From positions 20,336,001 through 20,400,000 of the forward strand of contig JBHGNT010000013.1 of assembly GCA_043228905.1 (NCBI GenBank): 64,000 nt of DNA. Direction: 5' to 3'. The notes beneath the pieces were generated by a model. It was given only the letters and a program-made list of their open reading frames with translations. It had not been told where the DNA came from and did no database searches. Shown here in pieces: positions 49,901-62,956 of the stretch (position 1 is the stretch's first letter; the number at the start of each line of letters is the position of its first letter). Source of the DNA: Azolla caroliniana (lineage: Eukaryota; Plantae; Polypodiophyta). Both the position numbers and the translations under genes were made by a program.

Positions 49901-50689
49901 AGTACTGCCAAATTCCTATATGAAAATGTCATCGTATGGTTTGGATGTCTGCTTGAAATCATTAGCGACCAAGGCTCGCATTTCCTGAACGAGGTGATAG
50001 CACATTTACTAGGCGAGTTTATGGTGACACACCGCAAAAGTTCTCCTTATTACCCTCGATGCAACAGACAAGCGGAAAGCACGAATAAGGTGCTATGTGC
50101 AGTGCTCACAAAGATAGTCGCCGCCTCACGATCTTATTGGAGCACCAAACTCCAAGCAGCATTATGGGCTTTCCGTACTTCCTACAAAGTCGCAACTCGC
50201 CACACACAATTCAAACTAGTGTACGGGCAAGAAGCAGTATTACCCATCGAGTTCCTTGTCCCTAGCCTCAGGATCACCGTACAAGAACGATGGGACGGGG
50301 ACCCCATCCCGTCACACCTAGAGAACCTAGAACGACTGACAGAAACTCGCCTTCTCGCATTCCAGGCACTCTTGGTAGAGAAAGCCAATAGAAAGGTGTG
50401 GCACGACAATAAAGTCAAGAACAAAGACCTCGTTGAAGGCGACATGGCCCTCAGATTCTCCTCTCAACGACACAAGAAGAAGTTGAAGTTACGGGGTGAA
50501 GGCTCGTATGTGGTTTCGGAGATTACCAAGACAGGAGCATGTCGCCTACGCACGATCGAAGGTTTTGACATCCCCAGGTTCATTAATGGGAGCAAGCTCA
50601 AACATTACTATGGACCCCTCACACTCGAGACTCTACTCACGACTCAACAACGAGAGGTAGAAGCCAAACTTAAAGCCTCCAAAGGCTGA
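46950..50689 (+). pseudogene. pol: Element E pol: PR, RT, RH, integrase
   Basis: IDTGA at 47007; RICVDYR, DGFFGYNQI, YVDD; DAS, DHQAL; WGIDFIGP, SDQGSHF, YYP.CN.QAE. Confidence 0.92.
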
Positions 50690-51526
50690 ATGGCCCGGCT
50701 CGAAACCGACCTACGCAATACGCAAGCGAAATTGAAGCGGCAGGGACACGCCCATCCGACAGCCATGGCTCAGGCGGCCAACTCTAATGATGGAACAATA
50801 CAACTACGATGCTGCGTCGACGACATGCCTTTGACGGAGGTCATCGACACAGGAGCATCGCTAACCCTTTTCTCCTTCGAAACATGGAGACGTCTAGGTT
50901 GCCCAGACCTCGAAGTGTGCAACGACAACTTCCGTGGCTTCGATGGGTCCACGTCATGCTGCCTGGGAACTTTCGGGTGTAGCATCAAGACAAAATACAG
51001 CGCGCACTCAATCCAAGTTCGGGTACTCCCAACTGGAGTGATGTACACACAATGCCTCCTCAGTTTAGATTGGTGTCGCATAAGCAAATGTCTCCTATCA
51101 CCCAGCAAACACATCGTCTCTTTCCAAACAGGAGATAGACTGAAGTCCGAGGACCTCGTCGCAACAACACTCAAATCACATCCCGCTGTCCTCGTTGATC
51201 CCCAAAGTGTGGAGTTACCCAAACAAGCAACACACCAACACCCACGGGCCGCCCATGGCCAACGCGACACTAACAATAGAACACAGACACCCAAACCACG
51301 AGAATGGGTGAACGTCCAGCTGAAGGCCCACGCTGCGGAGAACGTGCGGTGTGGCGAGTCAGAAAAATACTCACAACCGCACAAGGTTGGCACAATGGTG
51401 CCACTAGCTTCTGGGTTCCGAAACGAAACCGACTCCCCGCTCGCGATCGAAAAATCCCTGCATGGGACATCGATTAACCCCAAGGCGCGGAGTCACTCAA
51501 CCAAACCAAACACCAACACCCACTAG
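50690..51526 (+). CDS. Second retropepsin-like aspartic protease ORF, in frame directly after integrase
   Basis: VIDTGASLTLFS..W.RLG..FRGFDGS..CLG..CLLSLDW. Confidence 0.75.
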   Translation: MARLETDLRNTQAKLKRQGHAHPTAMAQAANSNDGTIQLRCCVDDMPLTEVIDTGASLTLFSFETWRRLGCPDLEVCNDNFRGFDGSTSCCLGTFGCSIKTKYSAHSIQVRVLPTGVMYTQCLLSLDWCRISKCLLSPSKHIVSFQTGDRLKSEDLVATTLKSHPAVLVDPQSVELPKQATHQHPRAAHGQRDTNNRTQTPKPREWVNVQLKAHAAENVRCGESEKYSQPHKVGTMVPLASGFRNETDSPLAIEKSLHGTSINPKARSHSTKPNTNTH

Positions 51527-51790
51527 CCACCCAGGACCAGCGCGATGTTAACGTCAGAACACAGACACCCAAACCACGAGAATGGGTGAATGTTCACGTT
51601 GTTTTTGCGGACGGACAACATTGTGGAGAATATGCCATTTGGCGAGTCAAAAAGACACTTACAACCGCACAAAGTTGGCACAAAGGCGCCACTAGCTTCT
51701 GGGTCCCGAAACGAAGTCGGCTCCCTAGTCACGATCATACCGCGCCTGCATGGGACACCTGAAAATCACACACATCAGTCTGGTATCCTG
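51235..51790. repeat. ~280-bp tandem duplication
   Basis: agaacacagacacccaaaccacgagaatgggtgaa at ~51278 and ~51556; caaccgcacaa..ggcaca and ccactagcttctgggt also duplicated. Confidence 0.85.
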
Positions 51791-52924
51791 CCCAGGCTAA
51801 AGCCACAGGAATCGACAAGCCTAAACAATTGAGAGACCGAACACCCCGTAGGAAGGTTTCACAAATCCTCCCCATCCCCTTTACAAACATGCCGCAAGTT
51901 TGGATCCTTAAAAGTCACGGACTCGGAACCTCACACGATACCTGAGTGACACTCCCGCCACAGTCACACCCTCAAAGTTTCTCAAAAGCTCTTAATCTAT
52001 CCAATCCCCTACCACGTTTCCCGTAGACCCCTGTTCAGACCCTCATCATCGTCGGTATCCGAATCTTTTCCATCGATTCCTCCTTACCCTTCTGACTTCA
52101 CATCCCCGTGGTTTATGTTTTATTAATTGTATTTTTATTTTTTTATTTTTTTCTATTTATTTATTCTTCTTTTTTCTTTTTATTATTTTTAATTTTTAAT
52201 TTTTTATGATCTTTATCATTATTTTATTGATTTAATTTATTTTGAATGACTATTATTTTCATTTTTATTGGTTTTTTATTTTTCTATATTGATTTTTTAA
52301 ATTTTTTTTTAGTGGTTTTATTTCGTTTTCCTTCTCTCTTTTTTCTCCTTCTTCTTTGCCCTACCCCCCTCCCTCCTATTTTTAGCTCTCCTCCTTCTGC
52401 TTGTCCCCTTCCTTCTCACTACTCGCTCTGTAGCACTTATCCCCCTCTCCCCCCTCACACTATTCCTCCTGTCCTCCTCCCCCATCTCTGTTCGGCGCCT
52501 GTGGATTTCTCCCACCCTCAGCGTTCCTGCCCCTACTCCATCGGTCGCCTGCCCCGGTCGCCACCTCGTCTCCTCCACACCCTGCTTTCCCACACCTCGG
52601 GTAGGCCCTTCCCCCCTCTTGTTTCGGCACACCGCACTACACTCCTCTCATTCGCCGTACCTGCCCTTCGTTCCTCTGCGGAGGCCATGGCCGCCGCCAC
52701 GACGTTGTCCCCCTCCTCCTATCACCGGCACATTACGGGCCACCCAGCCACAACGTTTTACGCTTCCCCCGTGGCGGCCATAGCCGCCGCCCCTCCTCGT
52801 GGCGCTGCCCGTTCACGATGTCACACCGTCTCGTCATTTTTCGTTCCCCCCAAGGTGGTCGTGACAGCCGCCTCGTCGTTTCACCCTCCCCACGTCGTTG
52901 GCCATTTACAGACCACTCCGCCTC

Positions 52925-53430
52925 GTGGTTCGAGGGGCCCAACCCCTCGAACTACCCGTTGTTCGAGGAGTCCAACCCCTCAAACCACATCGAACCCAAC
53001 CCCTCGAACTACCCGTTGTTCGAGGAGTCACCCCTCGAACCACACCTAGCCCAACCCCTCGAACTACCCGTTGTTCGAGGAGTCCAACCCCAAGAACCAC
53101 ACCTAGCCCAACTCCTTGAACCACGCGTTGTTCAAGGGGCCCAACTCCTCGAACCACACGTTGTTCGAGGAGTCCAACTCCTAGAACACATAACTCTTAG
53201 TTGTTGCGTTACTACGTAGTTAGGACCCCATGTCCCGCTTTCTGAAAAAAAAAAAAAAAAAGGGGGGGGAATCTATTGAAACTACCCGAACTTGCTGATT
53301 CGTCACCACATTTAACTGAGTTACTACGTAGTTAGGACTCCACGTCCCGCTTTCAAAAAAAGAAAAAAAGGGGGGGGGGGAATCTATTGAAACAACCCAA
53401 ACTTGCTGATTCGTCACCACATTTAACTAT
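52925..53430. repeat. Tandem arrays upstream of the extra ORF (ctcgaactacccgttgttcgaggagt units; ~115-bp duplication with A/G homopolymers)
   Basis: Visible repeats at 52930-53190 and 53208-53430. Confidence 0.8.
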
Positions 53431-54747
53431 ACTAATATTTTTCCTCGCAGGTTGCAAACGATGACGTCTCCCCAATTCATCAAACTCCTCCACGCATACT
53501 ACCCCGACGCAGGGTGCGGTTCCTTAGTCATCCCAATGGTGTTCAACAATACCCGATGTACTTACCGGGTTCCCACTGTCGCCACGCAGCTCAAGTACCT
53601 TGAACCCGACGTGTTCGCCACCCTCTCACAACTTGGCCTCAAGTTCTTCCTTGGGATTGGGCCGTGGGGCATCCTACCCAAACTGGTCAACCGTTTCCTC
53701 ATCGGGTACAACCCCGATACGGGCTACATCGATATGCAGCCTTTCGCAGACTCCACCCCCCCCCCCCCCCCGGTCACATTCCAGTTCACCGCGGCCGACG
53801 TTTGTGCTACGCTGCATTTACCCCTCGAGGGCGGCCCCTTCTGCACCACGAGGACCCCTAGGGTTGTCCCTGGCATCATTCCCGTCGCCTACGCCGAATA
53901 TTCTGGACGCAAAGGTTGGCATTACCATGGTTGTTAGGTACGTTAGGTACGGTACTGATACCATACGTATTTAACGTATTAATACGGGTATAGTACCTCC
54001 CAATTTTAAAATACGTTAAATACGTTTTTTAGTATGTTAAATACCTATAAAATACATAAAATACGTATAGTACGTTAAATACGTTAAATACTTCTAGAAT
54101 TTGAAATTTATTTACTTTCTTAAAAAATATTTGTAATATTGTAATATTGTAACCGTGTATATGCAATGTAACGAAGCATTCCATGGCTGTAGTTGCATCT
54201 TAAAAGTACTAAAGGGCAAATCGAGCAAATATGAGAATCAAAAGGATACAAATCAACAAATCAAATAGATATTTGTTAGGTAAAAAAAAACCCAAACTTG
54301 TTGGGCATTTACAACAACAGCCAAGGCCACGAAGCAAAAACTGTATATCCCTCACATGATTGAGGAAATTCACATGATGAGTCATGACAAGCTAAAATTC
54401 TACAAAAAAAATCATACTTTTGACAAAAACAACACTTTGACAAGAAGTGCAACATACCTATTGAAGAAAAGACCACATCTTTTGATTTGGAAAAAACCTT
54501 CAGAACACATAACATCAAATATTTGAGATACACTTACATTGCATTTTGTCAAAGAAATAGAATGCATTGTAGGAACAAAATTTAGAAAAAAACCTTAACA
54601 ACACAACATCAGATATTTGACTTCTAAGAACACATAACTTGAACTATGTCCAAGACTCCAATGTATCAAAATGGGCTTAGATCAAAGAAAAGTAACATAT
54701 GGCTATTGAGCTTAGTAATAATGTATAGAAATCAGAAATATTAGTCA

Positions 54748-57458
54748 TTAGATCTCGTCCTCATCATCAGATTCAGTGTTAGTTGATGACATCAACATAG
54801 GTTCTTCGTCAGTAAGATCATCATAATTTGTATGAATTGCTTCTTCTATTCCATTGACATTATCTTGATCATTTGGTGGTAAAGAAGCAAATGTACTTGA
54901 TCTTGTTATTCTCCTATTACAAGTAGACCGCTCATCATCTCTTCTTGGCCTCTGCCTCCGTATTCGATCAATAGGGACTCCATCGCTTGATGTTGTCGTA
55001 TGTGATCTTGTCATGCTCCTTGTCCTTCTTCTCATGCTCATTGTTTCTTGAAAATAAGTTTCATAGAATTCTCTATCCATATCATTCTCGTGGCTAATAG
55101 ATGGAATATCAGGAGTCTTAGAGACATCTATCTCATTTGGATTCACCTGCAAACAAGTTTATAAAAGCTTAACGAAATTTGAGGAATGTCAATTATAAGA
55201 AGTGAATAAAACAATACCTGCATTGGAGATGCATTCACAGTCTCAAACTTGCGAACTAGCCTTAAGTTCTCTCGCACATATACCAATCGTTCAAGTTGTG
55301 CTACCTTTAGTCTGTTTCTATTTTTTGTATGTGCGAGAGCATGTGCATTCCAATTCCTTTCTGCTGCCCCAGAAGAGCAATCCTAATAGAAAACAAAATA
55401 TGAAATAAAAGGTAGTACACAAAAGTGCAGTATTTTAGAACTTAACTATAAAATTGATCATTTTTTCAAAACTTGACACTTACTTGGGATAATATGCGGA
55501 CAGCTAATGCTTGGAGCTTTGGAGTTCTTCCACCAAAATTTTCTCACCATGTGACTGGCATCATCATAGATATCTCTTCACGTGCTAATGCATAGCTAAA
55601 TGTCCCTGTACCATTTCGATATTCATGCAATTCAAGAAATAAAATATCACATTCAAGTGTCGAGTACAATTTTTCTGTATAGCTCATCCATGCATCCATT
55701 AACTCGGGGTTAATAAATGTAGCCTCCTCTCTCTACATCGGATGTAGCAAATGAGCTACAAGGTGGATCGGCCTCTTGAACCATTTCCATCGTATGTCAA
55801 ATAACTTCAAAACATCTTCGTACCTAAAAGGGTATTAGTAATTACAAAATGATATGATCTTAAAACATGAGAAAACATTTGGAGTTTTAATGCTAGGAAA
55901 CCATAAAAAATTAAAATAAATATGAAATTTACTTGGATTTGTGGGGGATGTTTTCTTCCACTCCTTTTGCTAAAACATCTTTGCTTCTTCGCATAAACTC
56001 ATATAACAAACCAATAGTGGATCCCTCCCTATTAGTAAGTCGTAAAACACTATACAATGGTGCCATTAGGGTCAAAACAACTTGAAACGAGGACTCAGTT
56101 GTAGGATCAAGGATGTAGTTCTTTACATTCATGGCATCTGGCTTATTGCAATCTGACCAAGACCTCCACATGTCACTCACCACTGTTTGCTCAAGAGGAT
56201 ACCAAACTTTGAGCAAACGTTGTATGACAAGGTACATCACACCAAACCTTGTCTTAGAAGGTCTCAAGATGGCGAGGTTACTGTGAGCAGAAAAAAAATT
56301 CCTAGCATTCCTCTTCTTGCAAAAAAAACGTACGATATTATTTGCTTTCAACATAATACTTTTCATCCAAGGCAGCTGACCAATGTCCTCCAAAAGTAGA
56401 TCCAAAGAATGGGTTGCACATGGAGTCCAAACAATATTAGGGAACTCTGATTCTAGCAAAGACCCCATGCGGACACAACAAGATGCATTGTCTGAAATGA
56501 CTTGGACCACATTTTCCTTACCAACTTCACTAATTGCCTCTGAAATTCTTTCAGCTAACCAAGAGCTATCAACTGTTGGTGTTGTATTAGCATGACTACA
56601 ATCAATGGACTTGAGGAACATTGTCCCATAACAAGATGATACGAGGACATTTACAAGTTGCCTATGAGAAACATCAACCCATCCATCTGTTAATATAGAA
56701 CAACCATACTTGGGCCATAATCCTTTTACCCTTTCTAACTTTTCTTGCAAGGATATAACCTCATTTTTCAAGCCTTTCGTCCTCATGTAATTATATGTGA
56801 CTCCATTATGTTTCTCTCCAATTGTAGAGAAAGCTTCTAACATGTTCCGCCAACATGGTGTTTTTAATAGATTAAATGACAAATTTGCTTCAATGATACA
56901 TCTCACCTCCATAACGTTTGCATGTTGTTTCCTTTGCATTTGTAACACATGTCCTTTACGCAACGGTTGGTGTTTCACTATAATTGTTGGTGGATATGGT
57001 TGGCGACTACCACCACCCATACATGACATGCTTTGACTTTCATCAACAAAGGTAGACGAGCATGAGGTAGAAACACCTAAAAGAAAAAAAAATTCAAGAT
57101 AAATAATTTACAATTATTTAAACATTAGTAATCAAGACACCTATTGTAGGCTTGTGTCTATACCTTGTTCAGGCATGTTGAATGAGTCGATCTCTGCTAC
57201 TATATCTTCTTCTTCGCCAATTGCTTGGCTTCCACAATTACCATACAAAGTTGTAAGGTCAATCAACATTTCCTTGGGGACATTGGTAATTTTCGTTACT
57301 CCATGGCTAGGTTTTCCAATTAAATGAGCAATCATTCGTGTTGCTGACCCATGCATATGTTTGTTGCAAAATTTACAATTCCAACTCCTATTTCCTGTTT
57401 GACTTCTTACGACATTGAGGCAACATGTATCCCAATATTTGTTCTTAATGGGCGGCAT
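54748..57458 (-). CDS. hAT transposase (BED finger, DUF659-type core, C-terminal dimerisation region), about five exons; intactness not verified
   Basis: W.CKFC..H; GCSILTDGW, ISDNA, WTPCATHSLDL, TRF; GT..AG introns near 57140-57077, 55933-55823, 55484-55383, 55217-55147. Confidence 0.85.
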
Positions 57459-57849
57459 TTTCCTTCTTTATTTTCTATAAATCAATAAAATTGAGATATT
57501 GAAAATGGAAAATAATGCACAAAAAGAGGAGCAAGATTATATGAATGCATTAAAGCAAATCGAAGAACTGAAAACTTTGAATAGATCAACCTTCAGGGAG
57601 GATGAGGATTATACTACTTTAAATAAGCAACTACAGGATACTCAAGAGTATCTTTTATTCATAGAAAGCAAATACAAGAAAATGTTACAATTAAGGACAT
57701 GTATAAAAACAAAAAATTCAACTCTTTTGGAAGCTAAAAAGGAAGCAAAAATTACCATAACTTAACTAAAGAGCCTTAATGCTTAACGTAATAACGACAT
57801 GCATAAAAGCAAAAAATTCAACAAGTTTGGAAGCCAAAAGGGAAGTAGA

Positions 57850-58330
57850 ATTTGGTCAAGAAATTCATCTTGAAGATGTACAGAAAGGGTTCGATGAAGA
57901 TCTATTTATTCATAGTGCTTTGCTAGATATGTATGTCAAATGTGGATCTATAGTGGAAGTGCAAAATGTTTTCAACCGAATGTCCAACCGAGATGTGGTA
58001 TTATGGACAACATTGATTGCATGATATGCTGAGCATGGACCCGTTGAGGATGCACTGAAAAGCTTTGAAAAGATACAAGATGAGGGGATACTTATTACTA
58101 CCAAACACTTTCACCTTTTCTTGTGTCTTAAAGGAATGCTCTCATTGGAGGGTTTCTTGAGTATAGAACTACTGAGAAAGCATTAGATTCTTTCGATAAA
58201 ATGCAAGTTGATGGAATCTTTCCGGATGCATATACATTGCCCATGTCCTAAAAGTGTGCGGTTTATTAGGGCCTACAGATAAAGGACAATCCATGTATAT
58301 GGAGGCTGTATTGAAAGGGTTCTAGCAAGT
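57850..58330 (+). pseudogene. Captured PLS-class PPR gene fragment inside the hAT
   Basis: GQEIH....KGF..DLFIHSALLDMYVKCGS..VF.RM..RDVV.WTTLIA*YAEHG..ALKSFEK.Q.EG; stops and frameshifts. Confidence 0.8.
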
Positions 58331-58965
58331 GCACATTTATTCATACCCATCACATTCAAAAGAAGACAACCAAAACCATGATATTCCAAAAACTGAGTAG
58401 TTGTTAACAAAAATAAATATGCATTGCAAATGATAAAAAATGGGACATCATTAAAAAAGGACCAAGCACTTTTCCCATGACATGAAATTGAGATCTTCAA
58501 TGTTTCTGGAAACCAATGTCATTTATAGTAACATGGAAAGTAAATTAGAATGATCAATTTCTGAAATGAATTCAAATGGGATACAACCACTAAAATCAAT
58601 AAGCAAAGGATTAGCTAATGCTACAAATTGTGAAAGATTTTGAACACATTGTCTACATGTATACATACATGTTTGAGTTTCAACACATGGTTCCTATAAT
58701 ATTTTATCTCAACACTTGCAAAGAGGAGAGTTTTATTGCATGACGTCAATTACAATTGTCTACCAATTTGTTACTTGTATAGATGCATTATTGTGGAATA
58801 GATAGATTGCTGGACACAAGCATACGTAAACTAGATCAACTAAAAATTAAATCTCCCTTGTCATTTGGTATTATCATACAACTTGACATTGGAATACAAC
58901 AAAATGGGAGGTATTCTTAATCATAAAAAATAAAAGAAAGAAACATATTCACTAACCTGATTGTA

Positions 58966-59068
58966 TTTTCTTCTTCTTCTTCTTCTTCTTCTTCTTCTTC
59001 TTCTTCTTCTTCTTCTTCTTCTTCTTCTAGTGCTTCTTCTTCTTCTTCTTCTTCTTCTTCTTCTTCTA
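58966..59068. repeat. (CTT)n microsatellite
   Basis: Interrupted CTT run. Confidence 0.95.
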
Positions 59069-60725
59069 AGTCTATTCTGTCCGTCTTTCTTCCTTCCTTC
59101 TATTTTACTAAAGTTGTTCTTTTCTTTTGCTTTCTTTAGGGTTTTACTCACATTTTCTATAAATACGTACTATACGTATTTTTTTAAAGGTACGTTAAAT
59201 ACCGTATTAGACGAATGTATATGACATTTGAATGAACAACTTTGACGTATGGTACGTACTATACAAATAAGAAGGTATTATACGTATTGCTACGTTAAAT
59301 ACGCGTACGTAAACAACGTTGGGCATTACACCGAAATCCCTCTCCATCTCCACGACCGTTGTAGTGCAATTGCCCAAATCGGCGACACCGCATCTACCGA
59401 TGCCACTACTCGTATCACCGGCGAGTACCTCAAGTAGGCACATGATCCACAACCGGTCCAGTGGGCTCACGAGCGGCCCAAATCGACTGTCAATTTTGTG
59501 TGGTTCCTCACCCGCTACTTGTGCGCAAAGTTCAACATCGGACCCCCCGCCCCTCCCTTCGTACGCTGCCAAGAACGCTTCCGCAAGATCATTGTCCCAG
59601 GCCAACTCGAGCGCCTTCGCCTCCCCGAACGCGACTTTTTACGACAGGTACACCAAGGTGAACAGGCACGGCCACCGGTGCACAAACAACCCCTGATCAC
59701 CCACGTGTCAGTCGAAGCTAACCTCGACACCCCTGAGGATATCACGAATCGTGTCGAGGAATTCCAGACACACAAGCTCACCCCCACCGAAATCCAGGCC
59801 TTGTCCACTACCTTCCACTATGTGTCACATCAGAACACAACCACGACTCCGCATTCCCGCAGCTGCACCACTGAGTCAATCTTGCGCGACCAACGGAACC
59901 CACCAGCCCCACCTCCCCCCACCTCGCCAACTCCTCTACTACCACAACTCCTCGACCACAATTACCCCGCCTTTCCCGTCCACCACCACCGACGACACCC
60001 CGCAATCTCAACCCCATAAACTCACCCGCCACACCGCTCCCGACACCGAAACCCCCGACCGGCCCTCGACCGCAACCCCGGCAGTTCCCCTCCAACCCAC
60101 CATCGCCCCCGCCCAGATGGCAACCCCGCCACCGCCACCCCCACTCCCGACCTCCGTGCCCTGTTCAACCTCACTCACTGCAATTACTACTCACCCTACC
60201 CCCTCCCTCGCCGTCCCCACCAAACCCTTAACCGACATGGTGGTCGACCTCCTCAAGATGACCGCTATCGTGAACCGTCGCCTACTTCAAGTTCATGCAC
60301 AGGCCCAACAGACCGCCACCGACCAACACGAGACCTCTACATGGAACGAGATCTTGGCCGCGGAGGTATGGAGCGCCCTCCATACCAACACATGCCAAGC
60401 GGCCGCCCACGACCTCCTCAATGAAGAACTCCTGACAACGCAAACCCAACACCAACAACTCGCTGACGAATTCTAACAAGCTCGGACAACCTGGCACCAC
60501 GACTAGGAACGCATAGCGTAAACACATGCCGAACTTTCGGCCAAGTACATCCGCCTCACCACCCAACACCAACTGACCGAGGCCCTCCTCGCAGCCGTGA
60601 CGGCTGATCTCTCCGAACGATCTGAGGCCCTGGCCGTCGTCATGGCCACCACTCACCAACTCACGAATGAGATCACCACCCTCAAGGCTGAACGAGACGC
60701 CATGGTCCAACTGGCTCTCCGAATA

Positions 60726-62956
60726 TGATCCAGGCACTCTTGGTGTACGTGACCTCGACCTCCTTGCTCTCTGAACTTTTCACTGCACCACACACACCAC
60801 GTACCCTCCTCATCCAAGCAACGTGCGTCCTTCGGTCGTTAGCCGCCACGCGTCGCGTATTCTTTGACGACACCACACCCCCAAACCGGCAGACCTTCAT
60901 CTGAGTACTCCCCGAAGACAACCACGCCCTTGCCCTCTTCATGTTGTACCAGGAAGCCACCGAAGAACCTACTCCCCCAGCCGGCAACCTCTTCTCCCCA
61001 CACCTCCCCATTTTGTTCCTTGAAGGTATGGCCTACCTTCACACCGCCCTCACCCCCGACTTAGACATCTCCGACCTGATCTATTTCACCTACCCTTCTG
61101 ATGTCACGATGCAAGTCACCGAAGACCAGCTGGTTCACCTCTTCACAACACTGGTGCGCTTACACCACATCGCTGACACCCTCACCTGCACCCTGTTGGA
61201 AATCACAATGACCTCCATACCCCCTTTCGGTTTCCTCTGGCTAATACGCGCTTGGCAAACCGCCTAGGACGTCGGGGTTCGTACTCACATATTCAGCATC
61301 GAATATGCCACGTTCAACTGGCCCACCGACCTTGAGGCTGACGACATACCGGAATTAGCCCTATACCTCGACGTCTCCCACGAGTATCAACTCATGATGT
61401 TCGATGAGGCTCGTGCTCGTGCCCTCCTACCCCCGCACCCCCCTTCTCCCCCCCCAAAGATCAACCTGGAGTGGGACCACGACTCACCTAATGAACCCGA
61501 CACCCAGCCGCCTCCTCGCCTTCACCCTCCCTCCTCCCCGCCTCCAAGCCCCCCCCTCCACCCCCACCACCTCCCCCACCTACTAGCCCACTTCCCTTCC
61601 CCCCTCACCACTCGCCCCCACACCCTCACCTCAGCGAACACCACGTCCCCGACCACACACATCCCATGTTCGGTGACAACCCATTTCGCACACCCCCCTC
61701 GGCTCACCCCCTTCCCCCCCCCCACCACCCGACCCTTTCCCCCTCCACACACGGGTCGTCACCCACCCCGGTCAGACATTCACGGAGGCCATCCTCCGCA
61801 AAGCTCTCCCTTTCAACCACCCCCTCACCCACCTCATGCTCCACCAACAACTACCCCTCCCCATCTTCACTACACCTCCCTTACTCCACACCCCGAGCGT
61901 CCGCTTCAACGTTGCGGCCTTCTACGCTGATTTGGTCGACCACTACCAACTCACCCACGGCCTCCAAACCGCCCTTGATTGCATCAAAAGTGGTACCAGT
62001 TGGGACACTCGTCTTGACAATCAGTCTGCCTCCCCCATTCCCTGGGAATTCGACTTCTGCGAGACCCCCCTACTCCTCACCCGCCTCTACAACTATTACC
62101 CCGAAGTCGCCTCCGAACCCCAAGTCGACATCTTCCTTTACCCCCATGTTTACCACGATAAGATGTCTACTTGGGCAGCCGCAAACCCCACCCCCACTCG
62201 AGGGTAGCACCACCCCATCGTCGACCCCTCCTCGAACCTCCCGACACCCAACCCTCGTGGCGTCTCCCTTGGTTCGCACACACATCCTTCCGCGAATGGC
62301 TCGCCCTCCACCCCCCCCGAGTTGTGCACCAGCCCCACCTTTTTCCCCCTTCCTCATCGTTGGCCATGGCCCGATTTTTGCGCCTACCCATTCTTCAATT
62401 CAACTGGCCGTTGTTCCCCCGACCCCCACGCACATCCCCGACCGAACCCGACATGATCCGGGTCATGCGACAATTCCTACGTACATACCTCGACGTCCCG
62501 GACCCTGACATTCAAGCCAGCCTTCGTTTTCTACAACTTCTACTCATTCTCCTTGACTCTGGCCAGTACGAAGCCCCCCCCCTTCCAACGGCACAACCAC
62601 ACAGTGTGGGGCCTCGCCTTCGATTTGAACAAAGGTCCAACTCGCCGCCAACTAGTCGGCCTTTGGACCCGCGTCAACATACGCGTTTTTTCCCCGCTTA
62701 CATAAGCTTTAGTCGAAATCCCCCTTCTCCCTTCGCCGGCCACAACACCTGCACCTGGCTCACCGGCCCCAAGAAAGATTTCTTCACAACAACCGACCAA
62801 CTGCAGGAAATCCGGCTACCACCATTGAACATCCGTCGTCTTCGCCATCATCTCCGCCGCCACCTACCCCCCGACGAACCCCCTTACTCAATTCTACTTG
62901 CCCCCGACGCCCGAAGCTCCCCTCCCACAGTGCACCCGGGAGTGTGCACTCATTAG
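60726..62956 (+). other. Further degenerate sense ORFs of unknown function in the element E 3' region
   Basis: ORFs 60941..61267, 61836..62207 and 62171..62956; the last ends just before the PPT. Confidence 0.4.

Larger units (their letters stand above)
53926..59321 (-). mobile_element. hAT DNA transposon with 8-bp TSD GGCATTAC
   Basis: TSD at 53918-53925 and 59322-59329; imperfect TIRs CATGGTTGTT/CAACGTTGTT; TACGT-rich subterminal repeats at both ends. Confidence 0.92.
53452..60730 (+). pseudogene. Element E additional ORF (PMD/plant-transposon-protein-like N-terminus, Pro-rich linker, coiled coil), split by the hAT
   Basis: LPKLVNRFL..FQFTAADVCATLHLPLEG; reading frame KGWHY|TEIPLH rejoins across the TSD; heptad-like Q/L-rich segment at 60230-60725. 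Confidence 0.55.

Noticed and set aside
52246-53049. Hydrophobic-start ORF as an env or membrane protein
   Set aside because: The hydrophobic N-terminus comes from a low-complexity T-rich tract and the rest from tandem repeats
57499-57765. Coiled-coil-like ORF opposite the transposase
   Set aside because: Short, A-rich, non-ATG start and no recognisable motif
58921-59224. Poly-Arg and poly-Leu ORFs
   Set aside because: Translations of a (CTT)n microsatellite
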